Source: Dehalococcoidia bacterium (lineage in GTDB: Bacteria > Chloroflexota > Dehalococcoidia > UBA2979). From it: DNA of 64,000 nt. Under the pieces are notes generated by a model. The model had not been told where the DNA came from. It made no database searches and saw only the letters and a program-made list of their open reading frames with translations. The stretch spans positions 1,888,001-1,952,000 of the forward strand of contig OZ253555.1 of assembly GCA_965262725.1 (NCBI GenBank), read 5' to 3'. Of the stretch, positions 46,801 to 58,800 are shown in pieces. Within the stretch, counting starts at the first letter, position 1; every line of letters starts with the position of its first letter. Made by a program: the position numbers and the translations under genes.

Positions 46801-49800
46801 TGCGCCGTGCTCCAGTTGCTCGGCGTGAAGGTCAGCGTGGCTGGCGACGCCGTCACGTCGGCGCTGCCGCTCCTGCTCACGCTGATCACCACGTCGGAGG
46901 CGGGCTGGGCGTCCAGCTTCACCGTGTAGGTAGCGCTGCCGCCCTCGGCCACCGTCAGCGTGGTTTCGGACACCGTCACCCCGGCGTCATCGTCGCTGAC
47001 GGTCACCGCCACCGCGGCCACGGCGACGGCGTCGTACTCGTTGGCGCTGCGGGCGGCCACCACCGCGTGGGCGATGGACGCCGCGTCGTTCGCGGCGTCG
47101 GCGTCCTGGGCGGCCCGCACCGTCACCGTCTGCGCCGTGCTCCAGTTGCTCGGCGTGAAGGTCAGCGTGGCCGGCGACGCCGTCACGTCGGCGCTGCCGC
47201 TCCTGCTCACGCTGATCACCACGTCGGCGGCGGGCTGGGCGTTGAGCTTCACCGTGTAGGCGCCGTTGCCGCCCTCGGCCACCGTCAGCGTGGTTTCGGA
47301 CACCGTCACCCCGGCGTCATCGTCGTCGCTGACGGTCACCGCCACCGCGGCCACGGCGACGGCGTCGTACTCGTTGGCGCTGCGGGCGGCCACCACCGCG
47401 TGGGCGATGGAACCCGTATCGTTCACCGCGTCGGCGTCCTGGGCGGCCCGCACCGTCACCGTCTGCGCCGTGCTCCAGTTGCTCGGCGTGAAGGTCAGCG
47501 TGGCTGGCGACGCCGTCACGTCGGCGCTGCCGCTCCTGCTCACGCTGATCACCACGTCGGAGGCGGGCTGGGCGTTGAGCTTCACCGTGTAGGCGCCGCT
47601 GCCGCCCTCGGCCACCTCCAGCGTGGTTTCGGACACCGTCACCCCGGCGTCATCGTCGTCGCTGACGGTCACCGCCACCGCGGCCACGGCGACGGCGTCG
47701 TACTCGTTGGCGCTGCGGGCGGCCACCACCGCGTGGGCGATGGACGCCGTATCGTTCACCGCGTCGGCGTCCTGCGCGGCCCGCACCGTCACCGTCTGCG
47801 CCGTGCTCCAGTTGCTCGGCGTGAAGGTCAGCGTGGCCGGCGACGCCGTCACGTCGGCGCTGCCGCTCCTGCTCACGCTGATCACCACGTCGGAGGCGGG
47901 CTGGGCGTCCAGCTTCACCGTGTAGGTAGCGCTGCCGCCCTCGGCCACCGTCAGCGCGGTTTCGGACACCGTCACCCCGGCGTCATCGTCGTCGCTGACG
48001 GTCACCGCCACCGCGGCCACGGCGACGGCGTCGTACTCGTTGGCGCTGCGGGCGGCCACCACCGCGTGGGCGATGGACGCCGTATCGTTCGCGGCGTCGG
48101 CGTCCTGGGCGGCCCGCACCGTCACCGTCTGCGCCGTGCTCCAGTTGCTCGGCGTGAAGGTCAGCGTGGCCGGCGACGCCGTCACGTCGGCGCTGCCGCT
48201 CCTGCTCACGCTGATCACCACGTCGGCGGCGGGCTGGGCGTTGAGCTTCACCGTGTAGGCGCCGTTGCCGCCCTCGGCCACCGTCAGCGTGGTTTCGGAC
48301 ACCGTCACCCCGGCGTCATCGTCGTCGCTGACGGTCACCGCCACCGCGGCCACGGCGACGGCGTCGTACTCGTTGGCGCTGCGGGCGGCCACCACCGCGT
48401 GGGCGATGGAACCCGTATCGTTCACCGCGTCGGCGTCCTGGGCGGCCCGCACCGTCACCGTCTGCGCCGTGCTCCAGTTGCTCGGCGTGAAGGTCAGCGT
48501 GGCTGGCGACGCCGTCACGTCGGCGCTGCCGCTCCTGCTCACGCTGATCACCACGTCGGCGGCGGGCTGGGCGTTGAGCTTCACCGTGTAGGCGCCGTTG
48601 CCGCCCTCGGCCACCGTCAGCGTGGTTTCGGACACCGTCACCCCGGCGTCATCGTCGTCGCTGACGGTCACCGCCACCGCGGCCACGGCGACGGCGTCGT
48701 ACTCGTTGGCGCTGCGGGCGGCCACCACCGCGTGGGCGATGGAACCCGTATCGTTCACCGCGTCGGCGTCCTGGGCGGCCCGCACCGTCACCGTCTGCGC
48801 CGTGCTCCAGTTGCTCGGCGTGAAGGTCAGCGTGGCCGGCGACGCCGTCACGTCGGCGCTGCCGCTCCTGCTCACGCTGATCACCACGTCGGCGGCGGGC
48901 TGGGCGTTGAGCTTCACCGTGTAGGTTGCGTTGCCGCCCTCGGCCACCGTCAGCGTGGTTTCGGACACCGTCACCCCGGCGTCATCGTCGCTGACGGTCA
49001 CCGCCACCGCGGCCACGGCGACGGCGTCGTACTCGTCGGCGCTGCGGGCGGCCACCACCGCGTGGGCGATGGACGCCGTATCGTTCACCGCGTCGGCGTC
49101 CTGGGCGGCCCGCACCGTCACCGTCTGCGCCGTGCTCCAGTTGCTCGGCGTGAAGGTCAGCGTGGCTGGCGACGCCGTCACGTCGGCGCTGCCGCTCCTG
49201 CTCACGCTGATCACCACGTCGGCGGCGGGCTGGGCGTTGAGCTTCACCGTGTAGGCGCCGCTGCCGCCCTCGGCCACCTCCAGCGTGGTTTCGGACACCG
49301 TCACCCCGGCGTCATCGTCGCTGACGGTCACCGCCACTGCGGCCACGGCGACGGCGTCGTACTCGTCGGCGCTGCGGGCGGCGTCGACGGCGTGGGTGAT
49401 GGAGGCCGCGTCGTTCACCGCGTCGGGGTCCTGGGCGGCAGCCACCGTCACCGTCTGCGCCGTGCTCCAGTTGGACGTGGAGAAGGTCAGGGTGGCCGGC
49501 GACACCGTCACGTCGGGGCTGCCGCTCTTGGTGACGCTGATCACCACGTCGGAGGCGGGCTGGGCGTCCAGCTTCACGGTGTAGGTTGCGCTGCCGCCCT
49601 CGTCCACCTCCAGCGTGGTTTCGGACACCGTCGCCCCGGCGGTCTCGTCGTCGGTGACGGTCACGGCCACCCCGGCGATGGTCGCGGCGTCGAACTCGTT
49701 GGCGCTGCCGGCGGCGTTGACCGCGTGGGTGATGGACGCCGCGTCGTTCACCGCGTCGGCGTCCTGGGCGGCGGACACCGTTACCGTCTTCGCCGTGTCC

Positions 49801-52800
49801 CAGTTGGACGAGGAGAAGGTCAGGGTCGCCGGAGACACCGTCACGTCGCTGCTGCCGGTCTTGGTGACGCCGATCACCACGTTGGAGGTGGGCTGCACGT
49901 CCAGGACCACCGTGTAGGTGGCGCTGCCGCCCTCGGCCACCGTCAGCGTGGTCTCGGACACCGTCGCCCCGGCAGTGTCGTCGTCGTCGACGGTCACGCG
50001 CCGCACGGCGTCGGGCGCGGCGTCGAACTCGTCGGCGCTCTCGGCGTCCACGACGCTATGGGTGATGGAGGCCTCGTCGTCCACCGCGTCGGCGTCCTCG
50101 GCGGCCCGGACCCTCACGAGCTGCCCTGTGTCCCAATTGCCATTCGTGAAGGTCAGCGTATCCTGGTCGCCGTCTGTACTGCCGTCGGTGTCCACCGCCA
50201 CGTCGCTGCTGCCGCTCACGGTTACGCGCACCACCACGTTGCTCGTGGGTTGGGCGCTCAGTCGCACAGTGTAGCCACCGGATCTGATGCCCTCCGATAT
50301 CATAATTGCGTCGCCAGGCACGACCAGCGTGGCGTCATCATCGTCGGTGACGGTCACCGCCACCCCGGCGATGGTCACGGCGTCGTACTCTTTGGCGCTG
50401 CTGGCGGCGTTGACCGCGTGGGTGATGGACGCCGCGTCGTTCACCGCGTCGGCGTCCTGGGCCCCCCGCACCGTCACCGTCTGCGCCGTGCTCCAGTTGG
50501 CCGTGGTGAAGGTGAGCTTCGCCGGCGTCGCCGTCACGTCGCCGCTGCGGGTCACCGTGATCACCACGTCGGAGTCGGGCAGGGCGTCCAGGACCACCGT
50601 GTAGGTGGCGCTGCCGCCCTCGGCCACCGTCAGCGCGGTTTCGGACACCGTCACCCCGGCGTCGTCGTCGGCCACGGTCACGGTCACCCCGGCGATGGTC
50701 ACGGCGTCGTACTCTTTGGCGCTGCTGGCGGCGGTGACCGCGTGGGCGATGGACGCCGCGTCGTTCACCGCGTCGGCGTCCTGGGCGGCGGACACCGTCA
50801 CCGTCTTCGCCGTGCTCCAGTTGGCCGGGGTGAAGGTCAGGGTGGCCGGCGACACCGTCACGTCCGAATTGTCGCTGCTCACCGTGATCACCACGTCCGC
50901 GGCGGGCAGGGCGTCCAGGACCACCGTGTAGGTGGCGCTGGTGCCCTCGTCCACCGTCAGCTTGGACGCGGACACCGTCACCCCGGCGTCGTTGTCGTCG
51001 ACGGTCACGTGCCGCACGGTGTCGGGCGCGGCGTCGAACTCGTCGGCGCTGTCGGCGTCCACGACGCTATGGGTGATGGAGGCCGCGTCGTCCACCGCGT
51101 CGGCGTCCTGGGCGGCCCGGACCCTCACAAGCTGCCCTTTGTCCCAATTGCCATTCGTGAAGGTCAGCGTATCCTGGTCGCCGTCTGTACTGCCGTCGGT
51201 GTCCACCGCCACGTCGCTGCTGCCGCTCACGGTTACGCGCACCACCACGTTACCCGTGGGCTGGCCGCCCAGCTTCACATCGTAGGCAGTGCTACTGCTG
51301 CCCTCGTCCATCTTTAACTTCTCGACATCCAAGACCAGCCTGGCGTCGTCGTCGGTGACGGTCACCGCCACCCCGGCGATGGTCACGGCGTCGAACTCGT
51401 CGGCGCTGCGGGCGGCGTCGACGGCGTGGGCGATGGCGGCCGCGTCGTTCACCGCGTCGGCGTCCTGGGCGGCAGCCACCGTCACCGTCTGCGCCGTGCT
51501 CCAGTTGGACGGGGTGAAGGTCAGGGTGGCCGGAGACACCGTCACGTCCGTATTGCCGCTGCTCACCGTGATAACCACGTCGGAGGCGGGCTGGGCGGCC
51601 AGCTTCACGGTGTAGGTGGCGCTGCCGCCCTCGGTCACCGTCAGCGTGGTTTCGGACACGCTCACCCCGGCGTCGTCGTCGGTGACGGTCACCGCCACCC
51701 CGGCGATGGTCACGGCGTCGTACTCGTCGGCGCTGCTGGCGGCCACCACCGCGTGGGTGATGGAGGCCGTGTCGTTCACCGCGTCGGCGTCCTCGGCGGC
51801 GGACACCGTTACCGTCTTCGCCGTGTCCCAGTTGGCCGTCGTGAAGGTCAGCCGCGCCGAAGACACGGTCACGTCCGTATTGCCGCTGCTCACCGTGATC
51901 ACCACGTCGGAGGCGGGCTGGGCGTCCAGGACCACCGTGTAGGTCGAACTGTTGCCCTCGGGGATGCGCAATGTAGCAGGGGACACCGTCACCCCGGCGT
52001 CGTCGTCGGCCACGGTCACGGTCACCCCGGCGATGGTCACGGCGTCGAACTCGTCGGCGCTGCTGGCGGCCACCACCGCGTGGGTGATGGACGCCGCGTC
52101 GTTCACCGCGTCGGCGTCCTGGGCCGCCCGCACCGTCACCGTCTGCGCCGTGCTCCAGTTGGCCCGGGTGAAGGTCAGCGTGGCCGGCGACACGGTCACG
52201 TCGGGGCTGCCGCTCCTGGTGACGCTGATCACCACGTTGGATGCGGGCTGGGCGTCCAGCTTCACCGTGTAGGTGGTGCTGGTGCCCTCGGCCACCGTCA
52301 CCGTGGTTTCGGACACCGTCACCCCGGCGTCGTCGTCGGTGACGGTCACCGCCAGTTCGGCGATGCTCACGGCGTCGAACTCGTCGGCGCTGCTGGCGGC
52401 CACCACCGCGTGGGTGATGGAGGCCGCGTCGTTCACCGCGTCGGCGTCCTCGGCGGCGGACACCGTTACCGTCTGCGCCGTGTCCCAGTTGGACGGGGAG
52501 AAGGTCAGGGTGGTCTGGTTGCCGGACGTCGCGCCGTCGGTGTCCGCCGTCACGTCCGAATTGTCGCTGCTCACCGTGATCACCACGTCCGCGGCGGGCT
52601 GGGCGTCCAGCTTCACGGTGTAGGTTGCGTTGCCGCCCTCGGCCACCGTCAGCGTGGTTTCGGACACCGTCGCCCCGGCGTCGTCGTCGGTGACGGTCAC
52701 CGCCACCCCGGCGATGGTCACGGCGTCGAACTCGTTGGCGCTGCGGGCGGCGTCGACGGCGTGGGCGATGGCGGCCGCGTCGTTCACCGCGTCGGCGTCC

Positions 52801-55800
52801 TGGGCGGCAGCCACCGTCACCGTCTGCGCCGTGCTCCAGTTGGACGGGGTGAAGGTGAGCTTCGCCGGCGTCGCCGTCACGTCCGAATTGTCGCTGCTCA
52901 CCGTGATCACCACGTCGGAGGTGGGCTGCACGTCCAGGACCACGGTGTAAGTGTTGTTGCCGCCCTCGGTCACCGTCAGCGTGGTCGCGGACACCGTCGC
53001 CCCGGCGGTCTCGTCATCGGTGACGGTCACCGCCACCCCGGCGCTGCTCACGTTGTCGAACTCGTTGGCGCTGCGGGAGGCGTCGACGGCGTGGGTGATG
53101 GACGCCGCGTCGTTCGCCGCGTCGGCGTCCTGGGCCGCCCGCACCGTCACCGTCTGCGCCGTGCTCCAGTTGGCCGGGGTGAAGGTCAGCGTGGTCTGGT
53201 TGCCGGACGTCGCGGCGTCGGTGTCCGCCGTCACGTCCGAATTGTCGCTGCTCACCGTGATCACCACGTCGGAGGCGGGCTGGGCGTCCAGCTTCACGGT
53301 GTAGGTTGCGCTGCCGCCCTCGGCCACCGTCAGCGCCGTTTCGGACACGCTCACCCCGGCGTCGTCGTCGGTGACGGTTACGCTCACGCGGGCGATGCGG
53401 AGGCCGTCGTACAGGTCGTCGCTGTCGGCGTCCACCACCGCGTGGGTGATGGAGGCCGCGTCGTTCACCGCGTCGGCGTCGTGGGCCGCCCGCACCGTCA
53501 CCGTCTGCGCCGTGCCCCAGTTGGCCGTGGTGAAGGTCAGGGTCGCCGGAGACACCGTCACGTCCGTGTTGTCGCTGCTCACCGATATTACCACGTCCGA
53601 CGCGGCCTCGGTGTCGAGGAGCACGGTGTAGGTCGCGCTGCCGCCCTCGGCCAGCGACCGCGCCTTGGGGGACACGGTCACCCCGGGGTCGTCGTCGTTG
53701 ACGAACACTTCCAGGGCGATGAGAGGGACACTGCGGTACTCCTCGGCGCTGCTGCCGGGGATAATGCCGTGGTAGATGGTGGCCGAGTCGTCCGCCGAGT
53801 CATCGTCGTCGGGGGCCCGCACCGTCACCGTCTGGGGGGTGTTCCAGTTGGCCGGGGTGAAGAGCAACTCCACCGCCGCCAGGGTACCCAGTCCGGGCAG
53901 ATCGAACGTGATAGGGGACCCGTCCACCGTAATGCCCCGGCTGCCGAGCACCCCTATTATTAGCGCCACGTTGGAAGTGGGCTTGGTGGTCAGGGCCACC
54001 GTGTAGGAGAAAGGTATGCCCTCCGTCATCACAATCCCGTCGGTTTGGGACACTCTCATCCCGGGGTCGTCTTCGGTGACGGTCACGCTCACGCGGGCGA
54101 TTTGGAGGCCGTCGTACAGGTCGTCGCTGCTGGCGTCCACCACCGCGTGGCTGATGGCGGCTGCGTCGTCCACCGCGTCGGCGTCCTGGGCGGCGGACAC
54201 CGTCACCGTCTGCGCCGTGTCCCAGTTGGCCGTCGTGAAGGTCAGGGTGGCCGGAGACACCGTCACGTCGGAGCTGCCGCTTTTGGTTACGTTGATCACC
54301 ACGTCGGAGGTGGGCTGCACGTCCAGTACCACGGTGTAGGTTGCGCTGCCGCCCTCCGGCGCCTTCACTGAAATGACGGACACCGTCACCCCGGCGGTCT
54401 CGTCATCGGTGACGGTCACGGCCACCCCGGCGATGGTCACGTTGTCGTACTCGTCGGCGCTGCGGGCGGCGTCGACGGCGTGGGCGATGGAGGCTGCGTC
54501 GTCCACCGCGTCGGCGTCCTGGGCGGCGGCCACCGTCACCGTCTGCGCCGTGTCCCAGTTGGCCGTCGTGAAGGTCAGGGTGGCCGGCGACACGGTCACG
54601 TCCGTATTGCCGCTGGCGGTGACGCTTATCACTACGTCGGAGGTGGGTTGAAGGTTCAGCACCACGGTGTAAGTTGCGCTGCCGCCCTCGGCCACCTCCA
54701 GCGCGGTTTCGGACACCGTCGCCCCGGCGGTGTCGTCGTCGGTGACGGTCACGGCCACCCCGGCGATGGTCACGTTGTCGTACTCGTCGGCGCTGCGGGC
54801 GGCGTCGACGGCGTGGGCGATGGACGCCGCGTCGTCCACCGCGTCGGCGTCCTGGGCCGCAGCCACCGTCACCGTCTGCGCCGTGTCCCAGTTGGCCGTC
54901 GTGAAGGTCAGGGTGGCCGGAGACACCGTCACGTCGCTGCTGCCGCTGGCGGTTACGCTTATCACCACGTTGGATGCGGGCTGCACGTCCAGGACCACGG
55001 TGTAGGTTGCGCTGCCGCCCTCGGCAACCGTCAGCGTGGTTTCGGACACCGTCGCCCCGGCGGTCTCGTCGTCGGTGACGGTCACGGCCACCCCGGCGAT
55101 GGTCACGTTGTCGTACTCGTCGGCGCTGCGGGCGGCGTCGACGGCGTGGGCGATGGCGGCTGCGTCGTTCACCGCGTCGGCGTCCTCGGCCGCGGCCACC
55201 GTCACCGTCTGCGCCGTGTCCCAGTTACTGGAAGTGAAAGTCAAAGTGGCCGGCGACACCGTCACGTCGGCGCTGCCGCTCTTGGTGACGTTGATCACCA
55301 CGTCGGAGGTGGGCTGGACGCCCAGCTTCACCGTGTAGGTTTTGCTGCCCCCCTCGTTCACCCTCAGCCTGGGCCTGGACACCGTCACCCCGGCGGTCTC
55401 GTCGTCGGTGACGGTCACCGCCACCCCGGCGATGGTCACGGCGTCGTACTCGTCGGCGCTGCGGGAGGCGTCGACGGCGTGGCTGATGGAGGCCGCGGCG
55501 TCCACCGCGTCGGCGTCCTGGGCCGCGGCCACCGTCACCGTCTGCGCCGTGCTCCAGTTGGCCGGGGTGAAGGTCAAAGTGGCCGGCGACACCGTCACAT
55601 CGGGACTGCCGCTGGCGGTTACGTTGATCACCACGCCGGAGGTGGGCTGCGCGCCCAGGACCACGGTGTAAGTGTTGTTGCCGCCTTCGGCCACCTCCAG
55701 CGCGGTTTCGGACACCGTCACCCCGGCGGTCTCGTCGTCGGTGACGGTCACCGTCACCCCGGCGATGCTCACGTTGTCGTACTCGTCGGCGCTTTCGGCG

Positions 55801-58800
55801 GCCACCACCGCGTGGGTGATGGCGGCCGTGTCGTTCGCGGCGTCGGCGTCCTGGGCCGCCCGCGCCGTCACCGTCTGCGCCGTGCCCCAGTTACTGGAAG
55901 TGAAAGTCAAAGTGGCCGGCGACACGGTCACGTCCGTATTGCCGCTGGCGGTGACGTCGATCACCACGTCAGAGGAGGGCTGTTTGTTCAGCACCACCGT
56001 GTAGTTGCTGTTGCCGCCCTCGATCACCGACACCGCTGTTTCGGACACCGTCACTCCGACCGCGTCGTCGTCGACGACGATCACCTCCACCACGTTGTCG
56101 TATCTCAAGCCGTTGTACTGGCTGCAGGTGCACCGTACAACGTAGGATACCTGGGCCCTGTCGCTCGCCTCGATGTCCTGGGAGGCGGACATCGTCACCG
56201 TCTGCGCTGTGTCCCAGTTGCTGGAAGTGAAGAACAGCGACGCCGGCGCCCGCGTCACGTTCCCGTCGGAGACGAGAAGAACGAAGACCGTCACTCCGAA
56301 GGCGCCTGGGGGTGAGGTGTTAAGCACCACGGTGTAGGTGGCGCTGCCGCCCTCGGCCACCGTCAGCCGGGACACGGAGCTTGTCACCCCGGCGGTGGGG
56401 GTTTCGTCGTCGATGACGGTCACCCGCACCCGGGCGATGGTCACGTTGTCGTACTCGTCGGCGCTTTGGGCGGCCACCACCGCGTGGGTGATGGCGGCCT
56501 TGTCGTTCGCCGCGTCGGCGTCCTGGTCCGCGGCCACCCTCACCGTCTGCGCCGTGCTCCAGTTGTTCGGGGTGAAGGTCAGCGTGTTCTGGCTGCCGGA
56601 CGTCGCCGCGTCGGTGTCCACCGTCACGTCGGAATTGTTGCTGGTCACCGCGATCACCACGTCGGAGGTGGGCTGGGCGTTCAGCGCCACGGTGTAGGTG
56701 TTGCTGCCGCCCTCGTCCATCCTCATCCTGGGCCTGGACACCGTCACCCCGGCGGTCTCGTCGTCGTCGACGGTCACCGCCACCCCGGCGATGGTCGCGG
56801 TGTCGTACTCGTCGGCGCTTTCGGCGGGCGCCACCGCGTGGGCGATGGCGGCCGAGTCGTCCGCCGCGTCGGCGTCCTGGGCGGCGGCCACCGTCACCGT
56901 CTGCGCCGTGTCCCAGTTGTCCCCGGTGAAGGTCAGGGTGGCCGGCGACACCGTCACGTCGGTACTGCCGCTCTTGGTTACGTTGATCACCACGTCGGAG
57001 GTGGGCTGCGCGTCCAGGACCACCGTGTAGGTGTTGTCGCCGCCCTCGGCCACGGTCAGCGTGGTTTCGGACACCGTCACGCCGACGGTGTCGTCGTCGG
57101 TGACGGTCACGGCCACCCCGGCGGCGGCCAAGCCGCTGTACGGGCCGGACACGTTGTCGGACGACACAGTGTAGCGCAGCTGGGCTTTGTCGTTCACCGC
57201 GTCGGCGTCGTGGGCGGCGGCCACCGTCACCGTCTGCGGTGTGTTCCAGTTGCTCGGGGTGAAGGTCAGCCTGTTCTGGATGCCTGGCTGCGTCGCGTCG
57301 GTGTCCAACGTCACGTCCGGGTTGTCGTCGGCGATGATAATCGCCACGTCGGCGGAGGGCTGGGTGTTCAGCACCACGGTGTAGGTGGCGCTGCCGCCCT
57401 CGGCCACCGCCAGCGTGGATTCGGAGTTTGTCACGCCCGCGTCGTCATCGGCGACGGTCACCGCCACCCCGGCGATGGTCGCGGTGTCGTACTCGTCGGC
57501 GCTTTCGGCGGGCACCACCGCGTGGGCGATGGCGGCCGAGTCGTTCACCGCGTCGGCGTCGTGGGCGGCCCGCACCGTCACCGTCTGGGCCGTGCTCCAG
57601 TTGCTCGAGGTGAAGGTCAGCCGCGCCGGCGCCGGCGTCACGGCCGAATTGCTGCTGGTCACCGTGATCACCACGTCGGAGGAGGGCTGGGGGTCCAGCT
57701 TCACCGTGTAGGTGTTGCTGGCGCCCTCGACCACTGTCAGCGTGGTTTCGGACACCGTCACGCCGACGGTCTCGTCGTCGATGACGGTCACGGCCACCCC
57801 GGCGGCGAGCACGCTGTTGTACGGGCCGGACCTGTCGGCCGTATAGCTTACCGCGTGGTCCAGCTGGGCTTGGTCGTCCGCGGCGTCGGCGTCCTGGGCG
57901 GCGGACACCTTCACCGTCTGCGGCGTGTTCCAGTTGCCCGGGGTGAAGAGCATGAAGGCCTGGAGGCCTGGGAAGATCGCGTCGGCGTCCACCTTCACGT
58001 CCTGGTTGTTGTTGTCAATGCGAATCAGCACGTCGGCGGCGGGCTGGGCGTTCAGCACCACGGTGTAGGTGGCGCTGGCGCCCTCGTCCAACGTCAGCGT
58101 GGTTTCGGACACCGTCACCCCGGCGGTCTCGTCGTCGGTGACGGTCACGGCCACCCCGGCGGCGAGCACGCTGTTGTACGGGCCGGACCTGTCGAACGTA
58201 TAGCTTACCGCGTGGTCCAGCTGGGCCTGGTCGTCCGCGGCGTCGGCGTCCTGGGCGGCGGACACCTTCACCGTCTGCGGCGTGCTCCAGTTGCCCGGGG
58301 TGAAGAGCAAGAAGGCCTGGGCGCGTGCCCTACCCGCATCGGCGTCCACCCCCACGTCCAGGTTGTTGTTGTCAATGCGAATCAGCACGTTGGAGGCGGG
58401 CTGGGCGTTCAGCACCACGGTGTAGGTGGCGCTGGCGCCCTCGTCCAACGTCAGCGCGGTCTCGGACACCGTCACCCCGGCGGTGTCGTCGTCGGTCACG
58501 GTCACCGACACCCCGGCGATGGCCGCGGTGTCGTACTCGTCGGCGCTCTGGGAGGCGTCGACGGCGTGGGCGATGGCGGCCGTGTCGTTCACCGCGTCGG
58601 CGTCCTGTGCCCCCCGCACCGTCACCGTCTGCGCCGTGCTCCAGTTGGCCGGGGTGAAGGTCAGGGTGGCCGGCGACACCGTCACATCGGGACTGCCGCT
58701 CCTGGTGACGCCGATCACTACGTCGGAGGTGGGCTGCCTGTTCAGCACCACGGTGTAGGTGGCGCTGCCGCCCTCGTCCAACGTCAGCGTGGTTTCGGAC

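Noticed and set aside
41690-49400. CRISPR array
   Set aside because: Units are 330/333-bp in-frame coding repeats without unique spacers; no cas genes. The 72-bp LRR and 18-bp linker repeats are also coding.
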